Assembly: GCA_965649055.1 (NCBI GenBank)
Contig: CBFGJG010000005.1
Coordinates: forward strand, 25,726 to 72,704
DNA from: a candidate division WOR-3 bacterium
Lineage (GTDB): Bacteria; Hydrothermota; UBA3072; B12-G15
Reading direction: 5' to 3'
Length of the DNA stretch: 46,979 nucleotides
Positions 27,980 through 38,940 of this stretch are shown here, piece by piece. Both the position numbers and the translations under genes were made by a program. The notes under the pieces are model-generated. The model did not search any database, was not told where the DNA came from, and saw only the letters and a program-made list of their open reading frames with translations. The stretch's first letter is position 1, and each line of letters opens with the position of its first letter.

Positions 27980-29592
27980 TTTTTATTATTTTGATATCAA
28001 GAATCATAATAAACGAAGTGATGTCTAATCCGAAAGGGCTTGAATCCGGTTCAGGAACACCGGGTGATAGGAATGAATTTATAGAGCTTTATAATACCGG
28101 GCCTGATACGATTGATATCTCTTTTTTTAAAATTGCAGATAATAATGCGAAAGATACCATTATAAAATGGGATAATTTTCCTGAAAAAAATTTAATTTCA
28201 GGAACAACGAAGATACCTCCTTATTTTTATGCTATAATACTTGACCCTGAATACACTGATACTGGTGATGGGACATATTTTATGCCTTACAGATTCACTG
28301 ATTCAACTGTGATTTTAAGAGTAGGTAATACAACAATCGGTGATGGTCTTTCAGGAAATGATTATATTTATCTTATCTATTCACCAACAAATGAAACAAT
28401 CGATATATTCGTTCCAGTTATATCACCTCCCGATGGTATTTCAATAGAAAGGGGGACACCTGAATTTGGATTTACAGGTGATAATGAATTTCTGTGCAAT
28501 GATACAACAGGTAATACCGCTGGAAGAAGGAATTCCAACTATCTTTTAAGTGGTATTTATATAAAGAATATAGAAATCTTAAATGATACAATATTTTTAT
28601 CTTTAAAGAATGTTTCAACCACGAATTTTTACGATTCAATAATAATATTCGATGATACGAACAGGAATGGTCTTCTGGATAATGGAGAGATTATAAAAAT
28701 CCATTATGTGAATATCCCACAGGGTGATGAATTAAATATGCAGATACCATTCAATGTGAATGAAGGTTTTCATCATATCTTTGCGAAGACCTCTGTTTCA
28801 TTAAAATCAAGATATTACAGAAAAGGTGATTTTCCATCTGATGTTGTTATAAATGAGATTATGCCAAACCCTGAGGTGGGTTGTGAATGGATAGAAATCT
28901 TTAACAGAACTGATTTTGATATTGATGTTTCAGGATGGATGATTGATGGTAAAAAATTTGGCGATTTTGTTATGAAGGGGAAAAGCTACCTTGTGATTGC
29001 AAATAATTCTTCTGAATTCTATGCTGTGTATGGTAATATCCCCTGTCCATTAGGTGTTTCATCTTTATCCTTTTCAAACACATCTGATTCAATAGCATTT
29101 TTCTCAAATGATTCATTTCCCATGGATATTTATAAATACGAAAAGACATTGAAAGGATACAGTATTGAAAGGATAAATCCTGATTTCCCGACAGAGGTTC
29201 AGAACTTTGGATATTCGGTCATAAAAGGTGGAACACCGGGTTATAAGAATTCAATATTCCTTTCAGGTATTGAAGGTGAGAAAGAGATTATTATTCATCC
29301 TAAGGTATTCACACCGGATGGTGATGGAATAGATGAACAAACACTTATTACATTCCCTCTTGAATATTTAAGAAACCATATAGACATTTTTATATTTGAT
29401 TTAAGGGGAAAGATAATAAGAAAAACATCATTTGATGCAGGTGGCGAATTTTCTTATTTTTACTGGGATGGTCGGGATGATAATGGTAAAATTCTTCAAT
29501 CAGGTATTTATATTATTCTGATAAGGATAAAAGATATGGAAAGTCCTAATTTTATCCAGTATAAAAGAACTGTATCAATAGGTAAAAAATAG
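27976..29592 (+). CDS. Secreted protein with two lamin-tail domains and a C-terminal FlgD/CHU_C-like (T9SS-type) Ig domain
   Basis: IINEVMSNP...NEFIELYN and VINEIMPNP...EWIEIFN repeats, GTPG..NS; C-terminal FTPDGDGIDE...IFDLRGK...WDGRDD.G..L.SGIY. Confidence 0.8.
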   Translation: MIFIILISRIIINEVMSNPKGLESGSGTPGDRNEFIELYNTGPDTIDISFFKIADNNAKDTIIKWDNFPEKNLISGTTKIPPYFYAIILDPEYTDTGDGTYFMPYRFTDSTVILRVGNTTIGDGLSGNDYIYLIYSPTNETIDIFVPVISPPDGISIERGTPEFGFTGDNEFLCNDTTGNTAGRRNSNYLLSGIYIKNIEILNDTIFLSLKNVSTTNFYDSIIIFDDTNRNGLLDNGEIIKIHYVNIPQGDELNMQIPFNVNEGFHHIFAKTSVSLKSRYYRKGDFPSDVVINEIMPNPEVGCEWIEIFNRTDFDIDVSGWMIDGKKFGDFVMKGKSYLVIANNSSEFYAVYGNIPCPLGVSSLSFSNTSDSIAFFSNDSFPMDIYKYEKTLKGYSIERINPDFPTEVQNFGYSVIKGGTPGYKNSIFLSGIEGEKEIIIHPKVFTPDGDGIDEQTLITFPLEYLRNHIDIFIFDLRGKIIRKTSFDAGGEFSYFYWDGRDDNGKILQSGIYIILIRIKDMESPNFIQYKRTVSIGKK

Positions 29593-29602
29593 GAGGTTAA
29601 AT

Positions 29603-30517
29603 ATGTTCATACTAATCTTCTCATTTTTTAACTATAAGTTCAGTGTTTATAGCGGGATTGGTATAACAAGCTATGATTTTAACAGGAAAAACTCAATAAA
29701 CCTGGACCATCTAAACTTTGCCAAGATACTATTGGGTTATGAAGACGTTAAAATTGGGACTTCATTGTTCTACTCTAATTTCAGCAATTTCGATTTATTC
29801 ACATTTGCACCTTTCATTTTAGAATACGAAAAGAAATTTGGAATCGTTAATTCTGGTGTTGAAATAACCACATCTTTTTGGTGTCGAAATAATGATGAAG
29901 ATGAAATAAGTAAATTTGTTAATGTATCTTCATATTTTAAGATTTTAATAGCAAAAGGTTTAAATACACGCTTCTTAGCAGGTTTAAATTACCAACATTT
30001 AAAAAAGGCTGAGTTTGTTCCTTTCATAAAATGGGATCTGGATTTTATAATCTTAGAGAATGATGAATATTTAAGTGATTTTTATAACGAATCAAACAAG
30101 AAATTGTTCTACAAGCATATGATACAGGGCTTGCTTGGTGGAATATCAAATATAATCCTTGGGAATTTATTAGATGGTGAGAGGATAAAAGATGTCAAAC
30201 CATTAGAAAATTACACTATACTTTTCATTTCACCCGTAATAGGAGAAGGAATTGGAAGTTCCCTTATGAATCGGGGTTTAAATTACGATAAAGATAATAA
30301 TATACTTGATTTTATAACCTTAGGAATATCAGAAGGTATGCTTTCTGGTTTTATCAGTGGATTTGGATTCGGTGCATTGTATGACCCTTTAAGTGATGTC
30401 CCTATTGATGAAAAATATAATATTGGAAATATGCTTGGATATGGTATTGCTTTTTCCTTTTTGGGTGGCTTTTTAGGAACCTTTAGTGGTCTTGTAAACT
30501 ATTTTTTAGCAAGGTAA
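29603..30517 (+). CDS. Hypothetical membrane-associated protein
   Basis: AGGAGG SD; 304-aa ORF; aromatic beta-strand-like N-terminal half and Gly-rich hydrophobic C-terminal half. Confidence 0.7.
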   Translation: MFILIFSFFNYKFSVYSGIGITSYDFNRKNSINLDHLNFAKILLGYEDVKIGTSLFYSNFSNFDLFTFAPFILEYEKKFGIVNSGVEITTSFWCRNNDEDEISKFVNVSSYFKILIAKGLNTRFLAGLNYQHLKKAEFVPFIKWDLDFIILENDEYLSDFYNESNKKLFYKHMIQGLLGGISNIILGNLLDGERIKDVKPLENYTILFISPVIGEGIGSSLMNRGLNYDKDNNILDFITLGISEGMLSGFISGFGFGALYDPLSDVPIDEKYNIGNMLGYGIAFSFLGGFLGTFSGLVNYFLAR

Positions 30518-30551
30518 TTTTCTTATTTAATTTATTGGATTTATAAAGGGA

Positions 30552-31898
30552 TTATAACCCCATCTTTATAAACCCTTCCTTCATCAACTCCTGGGTTTCT
30601 TCCCTTGCCCTTTTTATTATTTCTTCAGCTTTTTTAAGGAGTTCCTCCCTCCTTGCCTTCTTCCTCGCAATACCCTGTTCGATTGCCTTCATTCCTACTG
30701 CTGCTGCTTCCCTTGGGAAGACCTCCCATTCATCCATCTTTGGAATTATATAATCTTCACTCAAACCTTTATCTTCTGCACATTTTGCAAGTTCCTTTGC
30801 TGCTTCTATACACATCTCGTCTGTTATTGTCTTTGCAGCAACATCAAGTGTTCCCCTGAATATACCGGGAAACCCGAGTGAATTGTTTACCTGGTTCTCA
30901 AAATCAGACCTTCCAGTTGCAACTATCCTCGCACCTGCTTCTTTTGCTTCCCATGGCCACATTTCAGGGATTGGATTTGCACAAACGAAGACTATTGCAT
31001 CCTTTGCCATGGTCTTTATCCACTCTTTCTTTATAACATCCGGTCCGGGTGTTGAAAGTGCTATACAAACATCCGCATCTTTTAAAGCCTCAGGAATTCC
31101 GCCTTTTATATTATTTTTATTTGAAATCTCACAGATATGCCATTTCTCTTTATTTTCAGGTGTTTTTAAATCATCTCTTTCCCTGTGTAGTATCCCTTTT
31201 GTATCAACCATTATTATATTCTCAGGCTTGAAGCCATAAAGTGTTATCATTCTAAATATAGCTATGTTTGATGCACCTGCACCTATCATTGCTATTCTTA
31301 CTTCTTTTACATCTTTTTTTACAACCTTAACAGCATTTATAAGCCCTGCAAGTGTTACAGCTGCAGTTCCCTGCTGGTCATCATGCCATACAGGGATATC
31401 CATCTCTTTACGCAGTCTTTCAAGCACATAAAAACATTTTGGTTTTTCAATATCTTCAAGATTTATTCCACCAAACGTAGGCTCTATAATCTTACAGGTT
31501 TTTATTATTTCCTCTGCATCTTTTGTCTTAAGGCATATAGGGAATGCATCAACACCACCAAGATATTTAAATAGTATCGCCTTACCTTCCATAACAGGTA
31601 ATGCTCCATATGGTCCTATATCTCCAAGCCCTAAAACCCTTGTTCCGTCAGAAACAACCGCAACAAAATTACCTTTGTTTGTATGTTCAAATACCTTCTC
31701 TGGATTCTTGTGAATATCCTTACAGGGTGCTGCAACACCCGGTGTATACCATATACTGAAATCGTCAAAGTCCTTGATCCTGCATTTTGGGGTTACCTCT
31801 AACTTTCCTTTATAAAAAGGATGTAACCTCATTGCATCTTCACTTGGCTTCTTTGCTTTCGCAAGAAGTGCCTCAACATCATATTTTTTATTTTCCAT
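30552..31898 (-). CDS. NAD(P)-dependent malic enzyme
   Basis: YTPGVA, DGTRVLGLGDIG, PVMEGKA.LFK, GINLEDI, HDDQQGT, GAGA, ANP.PE, ATGRSD..NQVNN; GGAGG SD. Confidence 0.95.
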   Translation of the reverse strand: MENKKYDVEALLAKAKKPSEDAMRLHPFYKGKLEVTPKCRIKDFDDFSIWYTPGVAAPCKDIHKNPEKVFEHTNKGNFVAVVSDGTRVLGLGDIGPYGALPVMEGKAILFKYLGGVDAFPICLKTKDAEEIIKTCKIIEPTFGGINLEDIEKPKCFYVLERLRKEMDIPVWHDDQQGTAAVTLAGLINAVKVVKKDVKEVRIAMIGAGASNIAIFRMITLYGFKPENIIMVDTKGILHRERDDLKTPENKEKWHICEISNKNNIKGGIPEALKDADVCIALSTPGPDVIKKEWIKTMAKDAIVFVCANPIPEMWPWEAKEAGARIVATGRSDFENQVNNSLGFPGIFRGTLDVAAKTITDEMCIEAAKELAKCAEDKGLSEDYIIPKMDEWEVFPREAAAVGMKAIEQGIARKKARREELLKKAEEIIKRAREETQELMKEGFIKMGL

Positions 31899-31957
31899 AT
31901 ATCCTCCATTTCACCTTATTTTGTTTATTTAATATACTACATTTTAAAAAATTATTG

Positions 31958-33046
31958 TTAACAAGTATATTTTAAATTTTTTAAAATATTTACTATCCTC
32001 AAGGATGCTTTACCATCCCAAAGTTCAGGGATTTTTCCTTTTTTCCATCTACCATCAATCATATCTTTCACAAGTTCTAAAATATATTCTAATGGTCTAT
32101 CTCTTAAAACTACATTTGTTCCAATCTTCTCAGTTATTGGCCTTTCTGTGTTTGGTCTTAATGTTATACAAGGGATACCAAGAACAGTTGTCTCTTCCTG
32201 GATACCACCAGAATCAGTAATAACACCAAGAGCGTATTTTTCAAGTGTTAAAAATTCTTTATAATTTAAAGGTTTTTCAAGTATAACATTGTTTGTCTTT
32301 ATAGAAAAATTCTTTATCATTTTTTTGGTCCTTGGATGAACAGGGAAAAAAACAGTCTTTTCCTTCCCTATTTTCTCAAGGATATAAATTATTTCCTTTA
32401 GCCTTTCTCTATCATCAACATTTGATGGCCTATGGAGTGTAACAAGTATGTATGAATTTTTCTTTAGGTTGTAAATCTTCAGATATTCTTCATCACAGAA
32501 TGGTAAAATCTGATAGAGTGTATCTATCATTGTATTACCAACAAAAAAAATCCTGCTTAAATCTACACCTTCCCTTTTGAGATTTTCAATACCTGATTCT
32601 TCTGTAACAAAGAGATAATCTGAAAGAACATCCGTAACAATCCTGTTAATCTCTTCTGGCATAGTCCTATCAAAACTCCTTAAACCTGCCTCGACATGTG
32701 CAATTTTTATCATTAATTTTGCTGCAACAATTGATGCTGCAAGTGTAGAATTAACATCACCAAACACAACAACAAGATCCGGCCTCTCATCTATAAATAC
32801 CTTTTCAAGTTTTTCTATTATCTTAGCAGTCTGTTCACCATGTAAACCTGAACGGACATCGAGAAATATATCGCGCTCCTTCAAAGAAAGAACTTCAAAG
32901 AAGGCTTCTGACATTTCATAATCATAGTGCTGTCCTGTATGAATAATTTTAATCTCCCAATCTTTACAGGATTCAACCAGTCTATTATAAACTGGCATAG
33001 CCTTCATAAAATTAGGCCTTGCACCAACTATGAGATGTATCTTCAT
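31958..33046 (-). CDS. wecB: UDP-N-acetylglucosamine 2-epimerase (non-hydrolysing)
   Basis: GARPNFMK, HTGQHYD, GDVNST, HVEAGLRSFD..MPEEINR, TLHRPSNVD, TDSGGIQEE, TERP. Start placed at MKIHL. Confidence 0.95.
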   Translation of the reverse strand: MKIHLIVGARPNFMKAMPVYNRLVESCKDWEIKIIHTGQHYDYEMSEAFFEVLSLKERDIFLDVRSGLHGEQTAKIIEKLEKVFIDERPDLVVVFGDVNSTLAASIVAAKLMIKIAHVEAGLRSFDRTMPEEINRIVTDVLSDYLFVTEESGIENLKREGVDLSRIFFVGNTMIDTLYQILPFCDEEYLKIYNLKKNSYILVTLHRPSNVDDRERLKEIIYILEKIGKEKTVFFPVHPRTKKMIKNFSIKTNNVILEKPLNYKEFLTLEKYALGVITDSGGIQEETTVLGIPCITLRPNTERPITEKIGTNVVLRDRPLEYILELVKDMIDGRWKKGKIPELWDGKASLRIVNILKNLKYTC

Positions 33047-33053
33047 ACAAGAT

Positions 33054-33081
33054 AACATAATAAAGATATTAATTTTGTCAA
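33054..33081 (-). promoter_or_regulatory. Putative sigma70 promoter of wecB (leaderless)
   Basis: Minus strand TTGACA-16 bp-TATGTT, 7 nt before ATG 33046. Confidence 0.55.
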
Positions 33082-33095
33082 ATCATTTTAGATAC

Positions 33096-33123
33096 TTGCG
33101 AATTTTGATTTTTTTATTATATT
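33096..33123 (+). promoter_or_regulatory. Putative sigma70 promoter of dnaG-rpoD (leaderless)
   Basis: TTGCGA-16 bp-TATATT, 5 nt before ATG 33129; back-to-back with the wecB promoter. Confidence 0.5.
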
Positions 33124-33128
33124 GTATT

Positions 33129-34781
33129 ATGCCACTTAAAGATGTGGTCGAAAAAATAAAAGATTCAGTTGATATCGTTGATTTTATCGGTTCTAAAATC
33201 TCCTTAAAGAAGGTTGGGAAGAATTATAAGGCTTTATGTCCTTTTCATAACGAGAAAACACCTTCATTTTATGTCTCTCCAAGTCTGAAGATGTTTCATT
33301 GTTTTGGATGCGGTGCTTCGGGAGATGTTATAAAATTTGTTCAGGAATATGAAAAATTATCTTTCACAGATGCAGTTAAATTATTGGGGCAGTATGCGAA
33401 CATTGAGGTTGATTTTGAAGGTGAAGAACTTGACAAGTATTACAAGGTTAATGAAGATATCGCAAGGCACTACCATTCAATACTTCTTAATGACAGATTT
33501 GCTATGGATTATCTAAAAAAAAGGAATATAAAAGAAGAGACAATTGAGAAATTTCTGCTTGGATATGCACCTAATAAGGATACACTTGAAAAATTTACAA
33601 AGATTTACGATAGGGGAATACTTCTCAAACTCGGGCTTATAGGGGAAAAAGAACGTTTCAGGAATCGTATTATTTTCCCCATATTTGCCCTAACTGGAAG
33701 GATAGCAGGTTTTGGTGGCAGGATAATAGGGGATGGGGAGCCAAAGTATCTAAACTCTCCAGAATCACCTGTATATTCAAAAAGAAATATATTATATTCA
33801 CTTTACCATTCAAAGAAAAGTATTTTGGAAAAGAAAGAGGTTATGATAGTTGAGGGTTATTTTGATTATCTTTCCTGTTTTCAAGCGGGCTTTGAGAATG
33901 TCCTTGCTACACTTGGAACTGCTTTAACCGAAAATCAGTCTTCAATATTGTCAAGATATGCAAATAAAATAATTTTATTTTTTGATATGGATAAATCTGG
34001 TATTGAAGCTTCTTTAAGGAATCTTGGATTACTCATTGATAAGGATGTAGAGATATTTATAGTTTCATCCAGGGATGTAAAAGACCCGGATGAGCTTATA
34101 AATAAGTTCGGTGTAGAAAAATTAAATGAGATTGTTCAGAATTCAAAGGACTTCATTGTTACATTAATAGAAAATGATAAGGAAAAACATGATTTAAAAA
34201 AGCCTGCTCAAATTACAAAGGTGGTCAAAAAATTCAGAGAAGTTTTATCAAAGATAAAAGACCCTTTAAAAAGGGAGATTTACATTGAAAAAATCGCAAG
34301 TGAATTAAATATAAGGAGGGAATTTTTAATAACAAATAATAGAGAAAATATCGATTATGTTAAAAACAAAAAAAATGAACCAACACTTCTTGAGAAGTTA
34401 GAATTATCAATGCTCATCTCCATAATTGAAGGGCGATACGACAAGGAAAAAATCCAGAATATTGATGAAACAGAGTTTTCACTGGTTCAGCTGAGAGAGG
34501 CTATAAGACTGATAAAAAATAATGCATTAGTAGAGAAAGACATAGTAACAAAGATACCTGAAAAATATCAGGAGTTTGTCTTTACACAATCCATTGGTAA
34601 TGAAGAGGTCTTTGAAAATTTGTATAAAAGATGGAGGATAAAAAAAATAGACGAGAAGATTTCTGAAAATTCCTTAAAAATAAAGGAATTTGAAAAAGTT
34701 GGTAAAGATACAAGGGATATATTAAGGATACAAAATGATCTTTTAAAATTAAAATCTCAACTTCAAAAGGAGGTTTCATGA
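33129..34781 (+). CDS. dnaG: DNA primase
   Basis: Zn finger CPFH.EKTPSF...[34 protein letters not shown] and FDMD. Start moved to MPLKD. Confidence 0.96.
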   Translation: MPLKDVVEKIKDSVDIVDFIGSKISLKKVGKNYKALCPFHNEKTPSFYVSPSLKMFHCFGCGASGDVIKFVQEYEKLSFTDAVKLLGQYANIEVDFEGEELDKYYKVNEDIARHYHSILLNDRFAMDYLKKRNIKEETIEKFLLGYAPNKDTLEKFTKIYDRGILLKLGLIGEKERFRNRIIFPIFALTGRIAGFGGRIIGDGEPKYLNSPESPVYSKRNILYSLYHSKKSILEKKEVMIVEGYFDYLSCFQAGFENVLATLGTALTENQSSILSRYANKIILFFDMDKSGIEASLRNLGLLIDKDVEIFIVSSRDVKDPDELINKFGVEKLNEIVQNSKDFIVTLIENDKEKHDLKKPAQITKVVKKFREVLSKIKDPLKREIYIEKIASELNIRREFLITNNRENIDYVKNKKNEPTLLEKLELSMLISIIEGRYDKEKIQNIDETEFSLVQLREAIRLIKNNALVEKDIVTKIPEKYQEFVFTQSIGNEEVFENLYKRWRIKKIDEKISENSLKIKEFEKVGKDTRDILRIQNDLLKLKSQLQKEVS

Positions 34782-36433
34782 GTTCACAATCTTTTGATTG
34801 GGAGGAAGTAATCAAACTTGCAAATCCAAAAGGAGAAATACATTTTGATCAGTTAAGAGATTATTTTAGTGGTGATGAAATTTTGATAGAAGAAGTGATT
34901 GAAAAATTACAGAAAGTTGGTTTTCAGATAGTGACAGAGTCATCATCCGAGTGGAAAAAAAGGCTTGATGAGCATTCAAAGGATATTATTAAAGAAACAG
35001 ATTCAGTAAAACTTTACCTGAAAGAGATGGGAAAATTTGACCTTCTCACAAAAGAAGAGGAGTATGAAATAGCGAAGAAAATGGACGAAGGAAGGGCAAA
35101 GATATGCGAGATTCTTTTCAGTTCATTGACTGCATTAAAAAAATTCCTTTCATACGACGAAAAGATAAAAGAAAATGCAATTCCACCGGAGGAATTTATA
35201 CATATTGATCTTTTCAGATTGAAGGAAGAATATTTTGACAAGAACAGAACATCTCTTCTTAGGTCTTTTAATATTATAAGAAAATGGATGAATGAACTTG
35301 AAGGGATAAAAACAGGTGAGAAAAAAGTAAAAGAGAAGAGCGAAAAAATAAAAGAACTTGAATCCAAGATTACAAATAAATTAATAACATTGAGGATTCA
35401 AGCCCCATATCTTAAAAAAATTATAGATGCTGAAAAAGATGTCTTAAGACAGATGGAAGAAGAAATGAATTATATTAGAAACATAGAAAGGAAAACAGGT
35501 TTTAAGGCATCCGAACTGATTTCTATGATGAAGAAAAAGAAGAAAAAATGCAAACTTTCAAAAGAAGAAATTATCTCTTATGGGACAAGTCTAAAAGAAC
35601 ATTTAAAGAGATTAAAAAAACTTGAGAAAGATGTATGCGATAAATATGAAACAATAAAACAAAGGATAGAGAAAGTATCAGAGCTGGAAAAAGAAATAAA
35701 TGAACACAAACAGAAAATGGTCCAGGCGAATGTAAGGCTTGTTGTGAGTATTGCAAAAAAATTCATAGGAAGGGGACTTGAATTCAGTGATATAATCCAG
35801 GAAGGAAATACGGGTCTTATAAAGGCGGTTGATAAATTTGATTACAAAAAAGGATATAAATTCTCCACATATTCCACATGGTGGATAAAACAAGCTATAA
35901 CAAGGGCTATAGCAGAGCAATCAAGGACAATAAAGATTCCTATACATATGATTGATATTATCCACAAGGCTTCAAAGGCAGCAAGGATTATTTTGCAGGA
36001 GACTGGCCGAGAGCCAACATTTGAAGAGATAGCAGAAAAGAGTGGAATAGAACTCGAAAAGATAAAAGGACTCTATTATAACATACATGATATTATTTCC
36101 CTTGATACACCTATTGATGAAGATGGAGAAACTAATTTTGGTGATTTCATTGAAGACAGCAAGGCACAAACACCCCATAAACTTACCTCAAGAACACTCA
36201 TGAGGGAAAAACTTGAGAAAGCGATGTGTTCTCTTACACCGAGGGAGAAAAAGGTTATTGAGTTAAGATTTGGACTTATTGATGGAATACCGAGAACACT
36301 TGAAGATGTTGGGCTTATGTTCAATGTAACAAGGGAAAGAATAAGACAGATTGAAGCAAAGGCATTGAGAAAGCTCAGACACCCTTCAAGGTCAGGAATG
36401 TTAAAGGCATTCTTTGAAATGACAGAATATTAA
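34778..36433 (+). CDS. rpoD: Primary RNA polymerase sigma factor (sigma70)
   Basis: Region 1.2 [10 protein letters not shown]...LLT; long non-conserved region; [31 protein letters not shown]; region 4 [18 protein letters not shown]. Confidence 0.96.
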   Translation: MSSQSFDWEEVIKLANPKGEIHFDQLRDYFSGDEILIEEVIEKLQKVGFQIVTESSSEWKKRLDEHSKDIIKETDSVKLYLKEMGKFDLLTKEEEYEIAKKMDEGRAKICEILFSSLTALKKFLSYDEKIKENAIPPEEFIHIDLFRLKEEYFDKNRTSLLRSFNIIRKWMNELEGIKTGEKKVKEKSEKIKELESKITNKLITLRIQAPYLKKIIDAEKDVLRQMEEEMNYIRNIERKTGFKASELISMMKKKKKKCKLSKEEIISYGTSLKEHLKRLKKLEKDVCDKYETIKQRIEKVSELEKEINEHKQKMVQANVRLVVSIAKKFIGRGLEFSDIIQEGNTGLIKAVDKFDYKKGYKFSTYSTWWIKQAITRAIAEQSRTIKIPIHMIDIIHKASKAARIILQETGREPTFEEIAEKSGIELEKIKGLYYNIHDIISLDTPIDEDGETNFGDFIEDSKAQTPHKLTSRTLMREKLEKAMCSLTPREKKVIELRFGLIDGIPRTLEDVGLMFNVTRERIRQIEAKALRKLRHPSRSGMLKAFFEMTEY

Positions 36434-36440
36434 AAAAAAC

Positions 36441-36468
36441 TTGACAAACTGATATATTTTGTTAAATT
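36441..36468 (+). promoter_or_regulatory. Putative sigma70 promoter of rho-rpmE-purC
   Basis: TTGACA-16 bp-TAAATT with extended -10 TG, 9 nt before ATG 36478; no SD. Confidence 0.55.
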
Positions 36469-36477
36469 ATCATATCT

Positions 36478-37848
36478 ATGGATGCCAGTGAACTTAAAAA
36501 CAAAACATACAGAGAACTTACAAAGATAGGTTCTGAACTCGGTATAAATACTTCTGGTAAGAAGAAATCCGAATTGCTTGATGAAATTGTGAAATATTTT
36601 GAAGAAAAGGAAAAGAAGGAGGAAAAAATCCAGAAAGAAAATGAGAAAGAAGAAGTCAAATCTACAAAAGGCACTGAAAATCAACAGAAAACAGAGCAGC
36701 ATACATTCCAGAATATCCTCCTTCCAGGTGAGGTAGTAATACAGGTAGAAGGCGTCCTTGAGGTTATCCCTGAAGGTAATTACGGATTTATGCGTTCATC
36801 CATACATAATTATACAGCTTCACCTGATGATATCTATGTTTCACCTGTTATAATAAAAAAATACGGATTAAAGACAGGTGATACGATTTATGGGGATGTT
36901 CGTCCACCAAGGCAGGGAGAAAAATACTTTACACTTGTTCAGGTTCTTAAGGTTCAGGGTGAAGACCCAGCTAAATTACGTTCAAGGGTAACATTTGAAA
37001 ATCTTACCCCATTACATCCAAAGGAAAGGATACAGCTTGAAAGGTCTGATGGTGATATATCTATGAGGATAATAGACCTTCTTGCACCTATGGGAAAAGG
37101 ACAAAGGGGGCTTATTGTATCCCCACCAAGGGCCGGTAAGACAATTCTATTACAGAAAATAGCAAACTCTATTACCGAAAATCACCCTGAAATATATCTT
37201 ATTATATTATTGATAGATGAAAGACCCGAAGAAGTTACGGATATGAAAAGGTCTGTTGTTGCAGAAGTCTTAAGTTCAACTTTTGATGAACCACCGGAAA
37301 GACATCTGCAGGTTGCAAAAATGGCAATAGAGAAGGCTAAAAGGCTTGTAGAATATGGAAAAGATGTTGTTATCCTACTTGATAGTATTACAAGATATGC
37401 AAGGGCAAACAATCTTGTAATTCCCCACAGTGGTAAGACGCTCTCAGGTGGTGTAGATTCAAATGCCTTACAGGTTCCAAAAAAGTTTTTTGGAGCTGCA
37501 AGGAAGGTTGAAGAAGGTGGAAGTCTCACAATAATTGCAACAGCATTAATAGAAACAGGTTCAAGGATGGATGAGGTGATATTTGAAGAATTCAAGGGAA
37601 CTGGTAACCAGGAGATAGTTCTTGATAGGCAACTTGCTGATAGAAGGATATTCCCAGCTATGGATATATTCAAGTCAGGGACAAGAAAAGAAGAACTTCT
37701 TTTAACACCTGAGGAGTTGAGCCGTGTCTGGATTTTAAGAAAGATATTGAGCGATATGTCAAATCCTGTTGAAGCAATGGAATTTCTAATCAGCAAGATG
37801 AAACAATCAAAGAGGAACAAAGATTTCCTCAGAATGATGTCAGGTTGA
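36478..37848 (+). CDS. rho: Transcription termination factor Rho
   Basis: Rho N-terminal domain plus a short K/E-rich insert; [46 protein letters not shown]. Confidence 0.97.
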   Translation: MDASELKNKTYRELTKIGSELGINTSGKKKSELLDEIVKYFEEKEKKEEKIQKENEKEEVKSTKGTENQQKTEQHTFQNILLPGEVVIQVEGVLEVIPEGNYGFMRSSIHNYTASPDDIYVSPVIIKKYGLKTGDTIYGDVRPPRQGEKYFTLVQVLKVQGEDPAKLRSRVTFENLTPLHPKERIQLERSDGDISMRIIDLLAPMGKGQRGLIVSPPRAGKTILLQKIANSITENHPEIYLIILLIDERPEEVTDMKRSVVAEVLSSTFDEPPERHLQVAKMAIEKAKRLVEYGKDVVILLDSITRYARANNLVIPHSGKTLSGGVDSNALQVPKKFFGAARKVEEGGSLTIIATALIETGSRMDEVIFEEFKGTGNQEIVLDRQLADRRIFPAMDIFKSGTRKEELLLTPEELSRVWILRKILSDMSNPVEAMEFLISKMKQSKRNKDFLRMMSG

Positions 37849-37884
37849 AATTTTTTTATAAAAGTGAATTAAAACGGAGGTTAC

Positions 37885-38094
37885 ATGAAAGATAAAATTC
37901 ACCCTAAATATGATATGTGTATAATAAAGTGTACCTGCGGGAACATAATAGAGACAAAATCTACGAAGAAAGAGATACACATTGAGATATGTTCAAAATG
38001 CCATCCATATTTTACTGGAACACAGAAGCTCGTTGATTCAGCAGGTAGAATTGAAAAATACAGGAAAAAATATTCCAAAAAAACAGAAAAATGA
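37885..38094 (+). CDS. rpmE: 50S ribosomal protein L31 (Zn-binding type)
   Basis: [27 protein letters not shown]; GGAGG SD. Confidence 0.96.
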   Translation: MKDKIHPKYDMCIIKCTCGNIIETKSTKKEIHIEICSKCHPYFTGTQKLVDSAGRIEKYRKKYSKKTEK

Positions 38095-38936
38095 ACGCAA
38101 TTGGCTTTGCAGAAATTTCAGGACTAAGATTAAAAAAAAGGGGTAAAGTAAGGGATATATTTGAAATTGATGAACAGAGACTCCTTATTGTTTCAACAGA
38201 CAGGATTTCAGTATTTGATAATGTTTTGAAATCTTTAATTCCCGGTAAAGGGATTTATCTAAATGCTTTATCAACATATTGGTTCAAAACAATACAGGCC
38301 CAGAATCACTATATTACAAATGATGTGAGTGAATTAACAAAGGATGAAGAAATAACTAAAAGAAGTATGATTGTAAAGTATGCAAATCCATTACCTGTTG
38401 AATGTATTGTCCGTGGTTATCTTGCAGGTTCGTCTTTAAAAAGTTATAAAGAGACTGGGAAGGTAAACGATGTTATACTACCTGTTGGTCTAAGCGATTT
38501 CTCGAAACTCCCTGAACCAATATTCACCCCTACAACAAAGGAAGAAGGGACACACGACAGGCCAATCAGTTTCTTAGAATTTAAGAATCTTGTTGGAACA
38601 GAACTTGCACAGATCATAAAAGAACTTTCTATTATGATTTATGAAGAAGGTTCTGCAATAGCCGAAAAGAAAGGAATAATAATTGCTGATTCTAAATTTG
38701 AATTTGGTATAGATAATGATGGTAATCTAATCTTGATAGATGAACTTTTTACACCTGATTCATCAAGATTCTGGGATTTATCACTATGGGAGAATGGTGA
38801 AGTAGTTGACCTTGACAAAGAATTTGTAAGGGAATATGTTCGTTCAGCTGATTACACTGATATTTTACCTGATGAGGTTATAGAAAAGACAAGACAAAGA
38901 TATAGAAGAATATTTGAGATAATTGTTGGTGTATAA
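38091..38936 (+). CDS. purC: Phosphoribosylaminoimidazole-succinocarboxamide synthase
   Basis: [49 protein letters not shown]. Confidence 0.96.
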   Translation: MNAIGFAEISGLRLKKRGKVRDIFEIDEQRLLIVSTDRISVFDNVLKSLIPGKGIYLNALSTYWFKTIQAQNHYITNDVSELTKDEEITKRSMIVKYANPLPVECIVRGYLAGSSLKSYKETGKVNDVILPVGLSDFSKLPEPIFTPTTKEEGTHDRPISFLEFKNLVGTELAQIIKELSIMIYEEGSAIAEKKGIIIADSKFEFGIDNDGNLILIDELFTPDSSRFWDLSLWENGEVVDLDKEFVREYVRSADYTDILPDEVIEKTRQRYRRIFEIIVGV

Positions 38937-38940
38937 AAAA

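Noticed and set aside
33030-33128. N-terminal extension of the dnaG ORF (MRCIFIQ...) and of wecB (MLSC)
   Set aside because: The extensions cross the divergent promoter region and overlap each other; conserved sequence starts at 33129 (dnaG) and 33046 (wecB).
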